Source of the DNA: Candidatus Eiseniibacteriota bacterium
GTDB lineage: Bacteria > Eisenbacteria > RBG-16-71-46 > CAIMUX01 > VGJL01
Length of the DNA stretch: 64,000 nt
NCBI GenBank assembly: GCA_041946735.1
Contig: JBHGAY010000001.1
Location: 1-64,000, forward strand
Direction: 5' to 3'
Under the pieces are notes generated by a model. It saw only the letters and a list, made by a program, of their open reading frames with translations. It was not told where the DNA came from and searched no databases. How positions within the stretch are numbered: the stretch's first letter is position 1; each line of letters starts with the position of its first letter. This document shows, piece by piece, positions 54,359 through 63,154 of the stretch. The translations under genes and the position numbers were made by a program.

Positions 54359-55986
54359 CGTCCCGCTCCCCGTCGCCCCACGCCGGGAGCGAACGCGCGA
54401 CTCAGTCCGCGCGCCTGCTCGACCCCGAGGAGCCGCGCGAGCGCCAGGTAGCACGCGGCATGCAGGAGCAGCGCCGCCCCGGCCGGGACGATCCACGGCA
54501 GCGCGAGATGGGCCGCCAACGCGCGCCGCAGGACGAACGCGGTGCCGGCGCTCGCGATCGCCGCCCCCCACAGGCGGGCCGCAAGAGGTCCGGGCAATCC
54601 GGTCGAGCCGACCCGCCGCCCGAGCGCCGCCCGCAATAGCGCGAACTCGAGCCACCCGGCCACGCCCGCCGAAAGGGTCAGGCCGGCGACCGCGAAGCCT
54701 TGGGGTACGCCCGCCGCACGGGCGAGGGGGAACGACAGAAGCCACCCGAGCCCCCCGGTCAGGACCACGCGCGCGGCCGCGAACCGGAGCGGGGTGCGCG
54801 TGTCCCCGAGCGCCCAGAACGCGGAGGCGTAGAGGCGGCCGAGCGTCGTGGCGAGCAGTCCGACGGTCGAGCCGGCCAGGACCGCCCAGACGCGAATCGA
54901 GTCTTCGCGGCCGAACCGTCCCGTCTGGAAGACGATCGCGGCGATCGCGTCGCCGAGCAGCAGGAACGCCGCCGCCGACGGGATCACGAAGAAGGCGATG
55001 CGCGCGCTCGCGCCGTTCAAGCGGGCGCGCAACGTGCGGGAACGCTCCTCGCCGGAGCCCAGGGCGCCGGACATCTCCGGCAGCTCCGCGCTCGATACGG
55101 CCATTCCGAACAGGCTGACCGGAAGGAGGTAGAGCGTCTGCGCGTAGGCGAGCGTCGCCACCGCGCCGGTGGGGAGGAACGAGGCGAGGATCTGGTCGAC
55201 GTAGCTCGAGATCTGGTTCACCCCTCGCGTGCCGGCGCTCGGGACGAAGTTGTGGATGACAGTGCGGACGGTCGGGCGCGCGGCGTCGAGCGAGGGGCGA
55301 AGCCTCCCCGCCAGCCGGAAGACCGACGGAAGCTGAACACCGAGCTGCAGGGCGCTGCCCGCGACCGATCCCCACGCGACGATCTCCGCGAGCCGGTATC
55401 CCGAGGCGCGCGGACCGAAGCCCGCCATCGCGCCGATCATCGCCGCGTTCCACAGAACGGGAGCCGCGTAGGGCAGGAAGAACCGGCGGTGGCTGTTCAG
55501 GATGCCGAGGCACCACGCGGACTGGACGAGGATGCCGATCCCGGGGAAGAGGATTCGCACCATCCGGATCGTCTCCGCCCGCTTCTCGCCCTCGAAGCCC
55601 GGCGCGATCAGGTCGATCAAGAGAGGCGTCGCGAGCACTCCGATCAGGACGAGGATCGCGATCGACAGGGCGAGTATGGAGCCGACCGCGCGGGCGACGC
55701 GGTTCGCCTCCTCGGTCTCCCCCTCCGCGAGCAGGCGCGCATAGACCGGGATGAAGGAGGCGGAGAGCGCCCCTTCGCCGAAGAGGTTCTGCAGGAGGTT
55801 CGGAATCTTCAGCGCCGCCTTGAAGGCGTCGGCCGCCTCGGAGCTGCCGAAGTAGTGAGCGAAGATCCTCTCACGGACGAGGCCGACCAAGCGGCTCAAC
55901 AGGATTCCGGCGCCCACCAGGATCGCGTTGCGCGAGGAGCGAGGAGGCTTGCCCCTCGAGGCACCATCGCGCGCGGACGACGCCAT
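54355..55986 (-). CDS. murJ: Lipid II flippase MurJ (MviN)
   Basis: SRLVGLVRE..FG..ADAF..A.KIPNLL..LFGEGALSASFIP, QLP, LYLLPVSLFG, FWALGDTRTP. Confidence 0.95.
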   Translation of the reverse strand: MASSARDGASRGKPPRSSRNAILVGAGILLSRLVGLVRERIFAHYFGSSEAADAFKAALKIPNLLQNLFGEGALSASFIPVYARLLAEGETEEANRVARAVGSILALSIAILVLIGVLATPLLIDLIAPGFEGEKRAETIRMVRILFPGIGILVQSAWCLGILNSHRRFFLPYAAPVLWNAAMIGAMAGFGPRASGYRLAEIVAWGSVAGSALQLGVQLPSVFRLAGRLRPSLDAARPTVRTVIHNFVPSAGTRGVNQISSYVDQILASFLPTGAVATLAYAQTLYLLPVSLFGMAVSSAELPEMSGALGSGEERSRTLRARLNGASARIAFFVIPSAAAFLLLGDAIAAIVFQTGRFGREDSIRVWAVLAGSTVGLLATTLGRLYASAFWALGDTRTPLRFAAARVVLTGGLGWLLSFPLARAAGVPQGFAVAGLTLSAGVAGWLEFALLRAALGRRVGSTGLPGPLAARLWGAAIASAGTAFVLRRALAAHLALPWIVPAGAALLLHAACYLALARLLGVEQARGLSRAFAPGVGRRGAGR

Positions 55987-56004
55987 CGACTTCCTCCGCT
56001 CGTG

Positions 56005-56067
56005 CGCTGCGGCCGCTGCGGCCGCTCCGGCCGCACTGGCCGCTCCGGCCGCTCTGGCCGCTCCGGC
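56005..56067. repeat. Seven-unit 9-bp tandem repeat (CGCTCCGGC-like) upstream of murJ
   Basis: Read directly from the sequence. Confidence 0.85.
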
Positions 56068-56251
56068 CGCTCACCGCCGCGCATGCCGCGCGTCGCAGGC
56101 GAGCCGCCGGCCCCGCCCCGGCCCTCTGGGGCCCTTCACGCCAAGCGCCACGGCCGTACGGTCGGCACGCTACCGGCTCCCTCCCGACCCGCGCAAGAAA
56201 GGGATCGCGCCGGGCGCGCGCGCGGCGCCGCTTCCCGCTATGCTTCGGCCC

Positions 56252-57853
56252 ATGCGCATCCCGCTCTTCCGGCGCCCCGTGGCGGCGCGCGTCGCGTTTG
56301 CCGTCGCGGCGGCCCTCTGGTTCGCAGCGTCCGGCGCGCCGCCGGCCTCGTTCGCGCAGAGGCCGCAGGCGCAGGCGCAGCCGGCCTCGTCTGCGCAGGC
56401 GCCGCAGCCGCAGGCGCAGGAGCAAGCGCGCGCACCGCGCGCGGCGGCCGCCGCTGCCCAGGAGTTCGCCCGCGTGCCGTGCGCCGACTCGAGCCTCACC
56501 TACGCCCTGTTCCTCCCCTCCACCTACACGCCCGACCGGCGCTGGCCGATCCTCTATTGCTTCGACCCGGCGCGCGACGGCCTCCGTCCCCTGCGCCTCT
56601 TCGAGCGCGCGGCGGAGCGGCTCGGCTTCCTGATCGCAAGCACGAACGATTTCGACAGCTCCGATTCCTCGCCCGAGCGCATCGGCGCGATCCTCGCCGG
56701 CGTCTGGAACGACACACAGTCCCGCCTCTCGATCGATCCCGACCGCGTCTACGCGGCCGGTTTCTCCGGCGGAGGACGGATCTGCTGGTCGTTCGACCGG
56801 GTGACGCCGGGCATCGACTTCGCGGGGATCCTCGAGACCGGCGCCGGCCTCCCGGCCGACGAGCAGACCGACGATCTCGCCCCCGGCTTCTGCTTCATCG
56901 GCGTCGAGGGACGGAGCGACTTCAACTACTACGAAATGCGGGCGCTCGAGCAGGCTCTGTCGAGGAGCGCCGTGTGCCATCGCATGCTCTACTTCGATGG
57001 CGGGCATCAGTGGCCGCCGGAGGAGGACTGCGCCTGGGCGCTCACCTGGCTCGCGCTCCGCTCGAAGCGCGCCGGAAGGCCTCCGATCGCGCGCGACGAT
57101 TCCTGGATCGACGATCTCCTCACGACGGAGCGGGAGCGAGCGCGCCGGCTGCTCGCCACGGACCGCCCGCTCGAAGCCCTCGCGTCGCTGCGACAAACCT
57201 GCGACGACTTCGACGGACTGCGGGACGTCTCCGATCTCCGGGCGCAGCGGGATTCCCTCGCCGGCGATCGGCAAGTCGAACGTCGCGCGGATCGCGAACG
57301 CGGGCTCGCGCGCACGGCGAGCCGCCGCATCCGCGAGGCGATCGACGTGCTCGAGGAGGTGCGCCGCTCGCCGGAGGGGCGCCCGGTCCCGGGGGCGGAG
57401 GACCTGTGCCGGCGCCTGGAGTGCGACTCCCTGCTCGCGCAGGCTGCCTCGAGCGACCCCGAAGAGCGCCTTGCCGCCGAGAGGGTCATCCAGTCGATCT
57501 ACGTGCGGGCGGCGAATGTCTTCCCGGTCCGGCTCCTCAAGGAAGGCAGGGTCGATCACGCGATTCCGATGCTGCTGGCCGCGACCTTCCTGCGGCCGGA
57601 GCGCCCCGTCGGGTGGTACAACCTCGGCGCCGCTCTCGCGCGCCAAGGGGACCGAGAGGCGGCGATGCGCGCGCTGCGGCGCGCCGTCGACCTCGGCTTT
57701 CGCGACTGGGAGCGGATGCAAAGCGATCCCGACCTGGAATCCCTACGGGGAAGCGAAGCGTTCGAGGAGCTGCTGCGCAATCGAAGCGAGGCGGCGCCGG
57801 CGCCGGCGCCGGAGGAGAGCGGCTCACCCGAGGAGGAGCGACTCTCGCCGTGA
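56252..57853 (+). CDS. Secreted alpha/beta-hydrolase (esterase-like) with C-terminal TPR
   Basis: Signal peptide; YALFLPS.Y..WPIL, IDPDRVYAAGFSGGG, G.SDFN, FDGGHQWP; WYNLGAALA..AVDLGF..DPDLESLR; alternative start 56240. Confidence 0.85.
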   Translation: MRIPLFRRPVAARVAFAVAAALWFAASGAPPASFAQRPQAQAQPASSAQAPQPQAQEQARAPRAAAAAAQEFARVPCADSSLTYALFLPSTYTPDRRWPILYCFDPARDGLRPLRLFERAAERLGFLIASTNDFDSSDSSPERIGAILAGVWNDTQSRLSIDPDRVYAAGFSGGGRICWSFDRVTPGIDFAGILETGAGLPADEQTDDLAPGFCFIGVEGRSDFNYYEMRALEQALSRSAVCHRMLYFDGGHQWPPEEDCAWALTWLALRSKRAGRPPIARDDSWIDDLLTTERERARRLLATDRPLEALASLRQTCDDFDGLRDVSDLRAQRDSLAGDRQVERRADRERGLARTASRRIREAIDVLEEVRRSPEGRPVPGAEDLCRRLECDSLLAQAASSDPEERLAAERVIQSIYVRAANVFPVRLLKEGRVDHAIPMLLAATFLRPERPVGWYNLGAALARQGDREAAMRALRRAVDLGFRDWERMQSDPDLESLRGSEAFEELLRNRSEAAPAPAPEESGSPEEERLSP

Positions 57854-57896
57854 GCGCTTCGCTCGGCGCTCGGCTCCTCCCTGCCCTTCCCGCCGG

Positions 57897-58493
57897 TCAG
57901 CCGATCGCGGAGCCGTAGTCGCTCGAGCCGTCCCCCCTTCGATCCGCATCGTTCGCGCCCGGCCGGCCCGCGCCCGCGTCGCCCGCTTCCGTCCCGTTCC
58001 CGTCCGCCGCGCCCGCGTCCGCCGCGCTCGCAGCCCGCTTCCTGCGGAAGAACCGGCGCAACCTCGCTGCGGACTCCTCTTCCTCGATTCCCCCGACGAC
58101 GCGAAGACGATGGTTCCACCCCGGAATCGCAGGGATGTCGACGACGGAGCCGCAGGCGCCGAACTTCGGCTCGCGGGGACCGAACCAGACGGTGCCGATG
58201 CGTGCGAGGAGCATCGCGCCGGTGCACATGACGCAAGGCTCGAGGGTGACGTAGACTTCCGCCCCCTCGAGCCTCCAGCTCTCGACCGTCGCGGCCGCGG
58301 CCGTCAGCGCGATCATCTCCGCGTGCGCGGTCGGGTCCTGAAGCGCGGCCGTCCGGTTGTGTCCCCTCCCAATCACGCGACCGCCGAGGACGACGACGCA
58401 TCCGATCGGAACCTCGTCCTCCTCCTCCGCCCGCTCTGCCTCGCGCAGCGCCTGCCGCATCCAGTGCTCCGGCTCCGACGCGAACCGCAGCAT
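57897..58493 (-). CDS. tadA: tRNA adenosine(34) deaminase
   Basis: WMRQAL.EA, EVPIGCVVV, DPTAHAEM, YVTLEPCVMC.GA, EPKFGACGS; alternative GTG start 58544. Confidence 0.95.
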   Translation of the reverse strand: MLRFASEPEHWMRQALREAERAEEEDEVPIGCVVVLGGRVIGRGHNRTAALQDPTAHAEMIALTAAAATVESWRLEGAEVYVTLEPCVMCTGAMLLARIGTVWFGPREPKFGACGSVVDIPAIPGWNHRLRVVGGIEEEESAARLRRFFRRKRAASAADAGAADGNGTEAGDAGAGRPGANDADRRGDGSSDYGSAIG

Positions 58494-58554
58494 CCCTTCC
58501 TCGGGATTGCGTGGCGGCCGTTGCTCGGGCGGGATCGCGTTCACGATCCGCGGA

Positions 58555-59298
58555 TCAAGGAAGTGGCGCGCCGGCCGGCTTGTCGGGCAGGCCGGCGACG
58601 AGGTTCTTCACGACACTCTCGGCGACGTCCTCGGCCGGCGGCGGAGCAGGCGCGATCTTGTCGCCGCGCTCGGTCCGCTCGGCCGTTCCGCCCGACTCGG
58701 AGTAGATCCCGGTCCCCGATTTCTCGTGGCGATAATGGACCGACTCGCGCCGCTCCATCTTCTCCCCCTTCCAAGCGAGGATTCCGGTATTCGACTCGTA
58801 GATCTGGACGTCGATCCCGACTTCGGTGAAGGAGCTCCCCTCGCTCGTCCAGTCGACCTGCTCCTCGCGCCAGGTGCCGAGGCTCCCGGCGACCACGCCG
58901 TCGATGCCGAGCTTGTCCCCGAGCGACTTCAGGATCGAGCGGTCGATGCTCCCCTTGTCCTTCCACAGCTGGACGATCCGCGCCAGCTCACCCGAGACGC
59001 CTTGCTGCATCGCGCGCGACCGCAGCGTCGACTCGTCGACGATCAGGAACTTCTGCTGCTGCCCGGTCAGATAGGAGCGAAGCAGCCCATCGGTCGTCTG
59101 GATCGCGACCGCGTCGGGGACGAGGCTGTGGAGACCGAGATAGGCGAGGCTCTCGAGATGGAGGTTCGGATACTCGGGCGCGAGCAGGACCGCGTCGGGT
59201 CCGGTGAGAGCGGTCGAGGAGCCGGTCGTCGCCTTGCACCCGGGGAGCAGGGCGAGCAGGAACGCGAGTGCAGCCGCGTGCCGCGCGAGGCGCTTCAT
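58555..59298 (-). CDS. Lipoprotein of unknown function (LpoB/CsgG-like fold possible)
   Basis: AGGAGG SD; lipobox LPGC; LGDKLGIDGVVAGSL..TGILAW pattern. Confidence 0.75.
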   Translation of the reverse strand: MKRLARHAAALAFLLALLPGCKATTGSSTALTGPDAVLLAPEYPNLHLESLAYLGLHSLVPDAVAIQTTDGLLRSYLTGQQQKFLIVDESTLRSRAMQQGVSGELARIVQLWKDKGSIDRSILKSLGDKLGIDGVVAGSLGTWREEQVDWTSEGSSFTEVGIDVQIYESNTGILAWKGEKMERRESVHYRHEKSGTGIYSESGGTAERTERGDKIAPAPPPAEDVAESVVKNLVAGLPDKPAGAPLP

Positions 59299-59376
59299 CG
59301 CATCCTCCTGTCGAAAGCGGATCCTGGAAACGACAGGGCCGCGGCGGCCTGCCGCGGCCCGACAAAGAAGAGGGTG

Positions 59377-59450
59377 TGCGCCCAGGAGGAGTCGAACCCC
59401 CAACCTTCTGATCCGTAGTCAGACACTCTATCCAATTGAGCTATGGGCGC
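59377..59450 (-). tRNA. tRNA-Arg (ACG)
   Basis: GCGCCCATAGCTCAATTGGATAGAG..CTGAC-TACG-GATCAG..GGTTCGACTCC..TGGGCGCA; CCA not encoded. Confidence 0.97.
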
Positions 59451-59462
59451 ACCAACCACTGC

Positions 59463-59553
59463 TGGCGGAGAGGGGGAGATTCGAACTCCCGGTAGGCTTT
59501 TGACCTACAACACATTAGCAATGTGCCGCCTTCAGCCACTCGGCCACCTCTCC
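59463..59553 (-). tRNA. tRNA-Ser (GCT)
   Basis: GGAGAGGTGGCCGAGTGG..GCACA-TT-GCT-AA-TGTGT, long variable arm, TTCGAATC, encoded CCA. Confidence 0.97.
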
Positions 59554-59580
59554 AGGAACATCCCGCCTCGCCGAGTCTCT

Positions 59581-59663
59581 CGGAGGGAGTAGGATTCGAA
59601 CCTACGGGTCTTTCGACCTGCGGTTTTCAAGACCGCCGCCTTCAACCACTCGGCCATCCCTCC
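59581..59663 (-). tRNA. tRNA-Ser (TGA)
   Basis: GGAGGGATGGCCGAGTGG..GCGGT-CT-TGA-AA-ACCGC, variable arm GGTC-GAAA-GACC, GGTTCGAATCC. Confidence 0.97.
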
Positions 59664-59778
59664 CGGCCGCGATGATACCGCGGATCGGAACGGCCGGCCC
59701 GACGAATCCCCTTCGCCCCTCTCTGCGGGCTCCTCGTGGCCGAACGCCGCGAGGGCCCGAAGCGGCCGAAGCGGGCTC

Positions 59779-59808
59779 AACGTAGCATCCCGGTCCGGGC
59801 AAGCGCAA
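59779..59808 (-). promoter_or_regulatory. Possible sigma70 promoter of the tRNA cluster (TTGCGC-N18-TACGTT with TGn extension)
   Basis: Hexamer-like elements upstream of tRNA-Ser(TGA). Confidence 0.4.
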
Positions 59809-59963
59809 GGGGGGCGGCCGCTCCGGCCCGCGGGCCGCCGGCCCCGACCGGCCCCGCCGACGGCGTGCCATCCCGCCCACGAACCGATCGTGAGATCATC
59901 CGCGAAACGCTGCGTCTCGCGGCGCCGGCCATGAGCGACGCGGCGGCGGAGGGACCGAGGCAC

Positions 59964-61016
59964 GTGCCTGAGTTACCCGACATCGTCGTCTATATCGAGA
60001 GCCTCGAGGCGCGCATCGCGGGTGGCCCCCTCCTCGGGGTCCGGCTTCGCCATCCCTTCGTGCTGCGCTCGTTCGATCCTCCGATCGAAGAGGCCGTGGG
60101 AAGGCCGGTCGGGCCGCTCCGCCGGCTCGGCAAGCGCATCGTCCTGCCGCTCCCGCCGGACCTGTTCCTGGTCGTGCACCTCATGATCGCCGGGCGCCTG
60201 CGCTGGCTGCCGCCCGGCGCCGCGATCCCCGGACGGCTCGGCCTCGCGGCTCTCGACTTCCCGGCCGGGACCCTCGTCCTGACCGAAGCGGGAACGCAGA
60301 AGCGCGCGTGGATCCGGCTCGTGCGCGGCGAGGAAGGTCTCGCCGATCTCGATCCGGGAGGACTCGAGGTGCTCGACTCCGACCTCGCCTCCTTCCGCAG
60401 CGCGCTCCTCGCTGAAAACAGGACGTTGAAGCGTGCTCTCACCGATCCGCGTCTCTTCAGCGGCATCGGCAACGCCTACTCCGACGAGATCCTCCACCGC
60501 GCCCGCCTCTCCCCAGTCCGCCTGACGGAGCAGCTCACCGCGGCGGAGATCGCGCGCCTGCGCGAAGGATGCCTGGCGGTGCTGACGGAGTGGACGGAGC
60601 GACTGCGTCAAGAAGCGGCGGCGGCCGGCGGCTTTCCGAAGGAGGTGACGGCCTTCCGAAAGGAGATGGCGGCCCACGGCCGCTACGGCCTGCCGTGCCC
60701 GGTTTGCGGGACGCCGATCCAGAGGATCGTCTACGCGGCGAACGAGACGAACTACTGCCCCGGCTGCCAGACCGGCGGCCGCCTTCTCGCCGACCGCGCC
60801 CTCTCGCGCCTGCTGAAGAAGGACTGGCCGCGCACCCTCGAGGAACTCGAGGAGCTCCGAGGCGAGCGCGACGGAGGCGGCACGCGCGGCGAGCGAGGCG
60901 GAGGCGGCACGCGCGGCGAGCGCGGCGGAGGCGGCGAGCGCGGAGCGGGCGGCGAGCGGGGCGAGGGCGGCGAGCGTGGAGCGGGCGAAGCGCCGCCGCG
61001 AACGCGGCGGCCCTAG
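59964..61016 (+). CDS. Fpg/Nei family DNA glycosylase with Gly/Arg/Glu-rich repeat tail
   Basis: N-terminal PELPD, R.GK, HLMIAG, FSGIGNAYSDEIL (H2TH), CPVC..CPGCQ zinc finger. Confidence 0.93.
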   Translation: MPELPDIVVYIESLEARIAGGPLLGVRLRHPFVLRSFDPPIEEAVGRPVGPLRRLGKRIVLPLPPDLFLVVHLMIAGRLRWLPPGAAIPGRLGLAALDFPAGTLVLTEAGTQKRAWIRLVRGEEGLADLDPGGLEVLDSDLASFRSALLAENRTLKRALTDPRLFSGIGNAYSDEILHRARLSPVRLTEQLTAAEIARLREGCLAVLTEWTERLRQEAAAAGGFPKEVTAFRKEMAAHGRYGLPCPVCGTPIQRIVYAANETNYCPGCQTGGRLLADRALSRLLKKDWPRTLEELEELRGERDGGGTRGERGGGGTRGERGGGGERGAGGERGEGGERGAGEAPPRTRRP

Positions 61017-62167
61017 CCTTCGAACGGAATCGTCTCGTCGATCCGCGCGCCGCCCAGCATCCGGTCTCCGAGGAAGAAGACGACCGACTGTCCCGGCGTG
61101 ACCGCCTCCTCCGGCGTCACGAACCGCACCTCGCAGCGGTCCGCTTCCAGCAGGCGGACCATGCACGCGGATCCCGGATGCCGGTAGCGGATCTGGGCCG
61201 TGACGCCGGGCCCTTCGAGCAGCGACGCGGGGGCGAGCAGATTCCGTCCGGACGCCCGGAGCCCGGCGCTCCGCACCTCTTGCTTCCGCCCGAGGTACAA
61301 CGTCGCGCTGGACGGTTCGATTCTCGCGACGTAGAGCCGCTCCGCTCCCGGGACTCCGACGCCCCGGCGCTGTCCCAGCGTGTAGCCGATCAGGCCGTCG
61401 TGCTGACCCAAGGGGCGTCCCTCGACCGTGCGAATCGTCCCGGGCCGGAGCATCGGATGCTCGGCCGGCAGCCGCTCCCGAAGGAACGCGGCGTGCTCCC
61501 CGCTCGGGACGAAGCAGATGTCCTGGCTCTCCGGACGGTCCCACGCCGGCAGCCCCAGCCGGCGCGCCAGACGCCGGACCGCCGCCTTGCGGGCGCCACC
61601 GAGCGGGAAGAGGCAACGAGAGAGCCGTTCGCGCGGCAGCTCCCAGAGCACGTACGACTGATCCTTCGCGCGGTCGCGCGCGCGGCGGAGCGCGAAGCTC
61701 GCCTGCTCGCTCGCGCCGTCGTCCACCGGCTCGCACCGCACGTAGTGGCCGGTCGCGATCGCGTCGAACCCCATCCTCTGCGCCTTCTCGAGGAGCGGTC
61801 CGAACTTCACGTGCGTGTTGCACCGGACGCACGGATTCGGTGTGCGTCCGCGCGCGTACTCCGACACGAAGTCCTCCACGACCTGCGATCGGAACGCCTC
61901 CTCCATGTCGACGACCGTGTGCGGGATTCCGAGGATCGCCGCGCTCCTCCGCGCCTCCCGGACCGCTTCCATGTCGCAGCAGGGACGGGGAGGGCCGTCC
62001 TCCTTCCCATAGCAGAAAAGCTTCATCGTCGCCCCCGCCACCTCGTGCCCCGCCCTGCGGAGCAAATGCGCCGCCACGGCGCTGTCGACCCCGCCGCTCA
62101 TCGCGACGAGGACGCGCAGCTGCCGCGCGGGACGCGACCCAACGGTGCGAAGACTCTCCCGATCCAT
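61013..62167 (-). CDS. mnmA: tRNA-specific 2-thiouridylase
   Basis: AMSGGVDS, GRTPNPCVRCN..KF, ATGHY, KDQSY, ESQDICF, YTLGQRRG, IRYRH, VTPGQ. Confidence 0.97.
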   Translation of the reverse strand: MDRESLRTVGSRPARQLRVLVAMSGGVDSAVAAHLLRRAGHEVAGATMKLFCYGKEDGPPRPCCDMEAVREARRSAAILGIPHTVVDMEEAFRSQVVEDFVSEYARGRTPNPCVRCNTHVKFGPLLEKAQRMGFDAIATGHYVRCEPVDDGASEQASFALRRARDRAKDQSYVLWELPRERLSRCLFPLGGARKAAVRRLARRLGLPAWDRPESQDICFVPSGEHAAFLRERLPAEHPMLRPGTIRTVEGRPLGQHDGLIGYTLGQRRGVGVPGAERLYVARIEPSSATLYLGRKQEVRSAGLRASGRNLLAPASLLEGPGVTAQIRYRHPGSACMVRLLEADRCEVRFVTPEEAVTPGQSVVFFLGDRMLGGARIDETIPFEG

Positions 62168-62313
62168 CACGCATCGACTCCTGACCATGAAGCCGTGATC
62201 CTCGAACGCGAAGCCCGGCATGCCGGGAAGGCAGGTCGGGCTCCTTCGCGAACCGTCGAATGTCTCAGAGCGGCGCGGCCGTGGTCAACGCCTCCCGGGG
62301 AACGATCCGTCCA

Positions 62314-63081
62314 TCAGTCCCCCGAGTTCGATGAACTCCCCTGGGTCGACGAGGAGCCCGAACCGGGGGCGGCGGGGGCCGACGGTGCGGCCGGCGTCGT
62401 GGGCGAAGTGGACTTCGCCGCCGGATCGTCCTTCGGAAGGAGGCTCTGGAGCACGCCGATTCCCTCCAGCGCCGTCTGCGCGGCATCGCTCTTCGGATCG
62501 ATCTCGACCACCTTCTGCCACTCGCGGATCGCCTCCCGGTAGATCCCCGCGTCCGCGAACGCGACGCCGAGCAGGTAGTGCGGCAGCTGGCTCTTGGGAT
62601 CGGCCTGGATCGCCTGCTGGTAGAGGCCGATCGCGTCGGAGTACTTCTTCAAGCCATACAGCGCCTGACCCTTGTTGCACAGGACGGTCACGTCGTTGGG
62701 AGCGAGCGGCAGCGCGCGATCGAAGAGCGCGAGCGCCTCCTCGCTCTTCCCGTCCTCGTTCAGCACGACGCCGAGGTTCACCATCGCCTTGACGAAGTCC
62801 GGCTTCTTCGCGATTGCGTCACGGAACGCTTGCTGCGCTTCGGTCCGCCGCCCCTGGTCGTACAGCGCGTTGCCAAGCTGGAACAGGAGGTCCGGATCCT
62901 CCGGCGATTTCTGCAGCGCGACGCGGATCTCCGCCTCACGGGCGGCAGGATCCTTCTGAACCTCCGCAGTCTGCGCCGTCACTGCCCCCGGGGCATCCGC
63001 CCCGAATCCTGCCGTCGCCGCCGATGCGAGCACCATCCCGCTCAGCAGGAGCCATCTTCCCAGATTCCGTCCTCCCGACAT
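62314..63081 (-). CDS. Exported TPR repeat protein
   Basis: Signal peptide; FQLGNALY, MVNLGVVL, CNKGQALY, HYLLGVAF TPRs; S/T/P-rich tail. Confidence 0.88.
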   Translation of the reverse strand: MSGGRNLGRWLLLSGMVLASAATAGFGADAPGAVTAQTAEVQKDPAAREAEIRVALQKSPEDPDLLFQLGNALYDQGRRTEAQQAFRDAIAKKPDFVKAMVNLGVVLNEDGKSEEALALFDRALPLAPNDVTVLCNKGQALYGLKKYSDAIGLYQQAIQADPKSQLPHYLLGVAFADAGIYREAIREWQKVVEIDPKSDAAQTALEGIGVLQSLLPKDDPAAKSTSPTTPAAPSAPAAPGSGSSSTQGSSSNSGD

Positions 63082-63154
63082 TGGACCGCTGATCCCTCCT
63101 GATCGAGCGCGCTCCGCTTGGGCCGCCCGGCCCGCGTTCGCGATCCCGATCGGT

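Noticed and set aside
54700..57918. 1072-aa plus-strand ORF and similar long overlapping ORFs across the window
   Set aside because: Low-complexity translations overlapping well-supported genes; stop codons are scarce at high GC.
59377..59663. Integrative element at the tRNA cluster
   Set aside because: No integrase, no duplicated tRNA 3' end noticed, and the flanking genes look like core functions.
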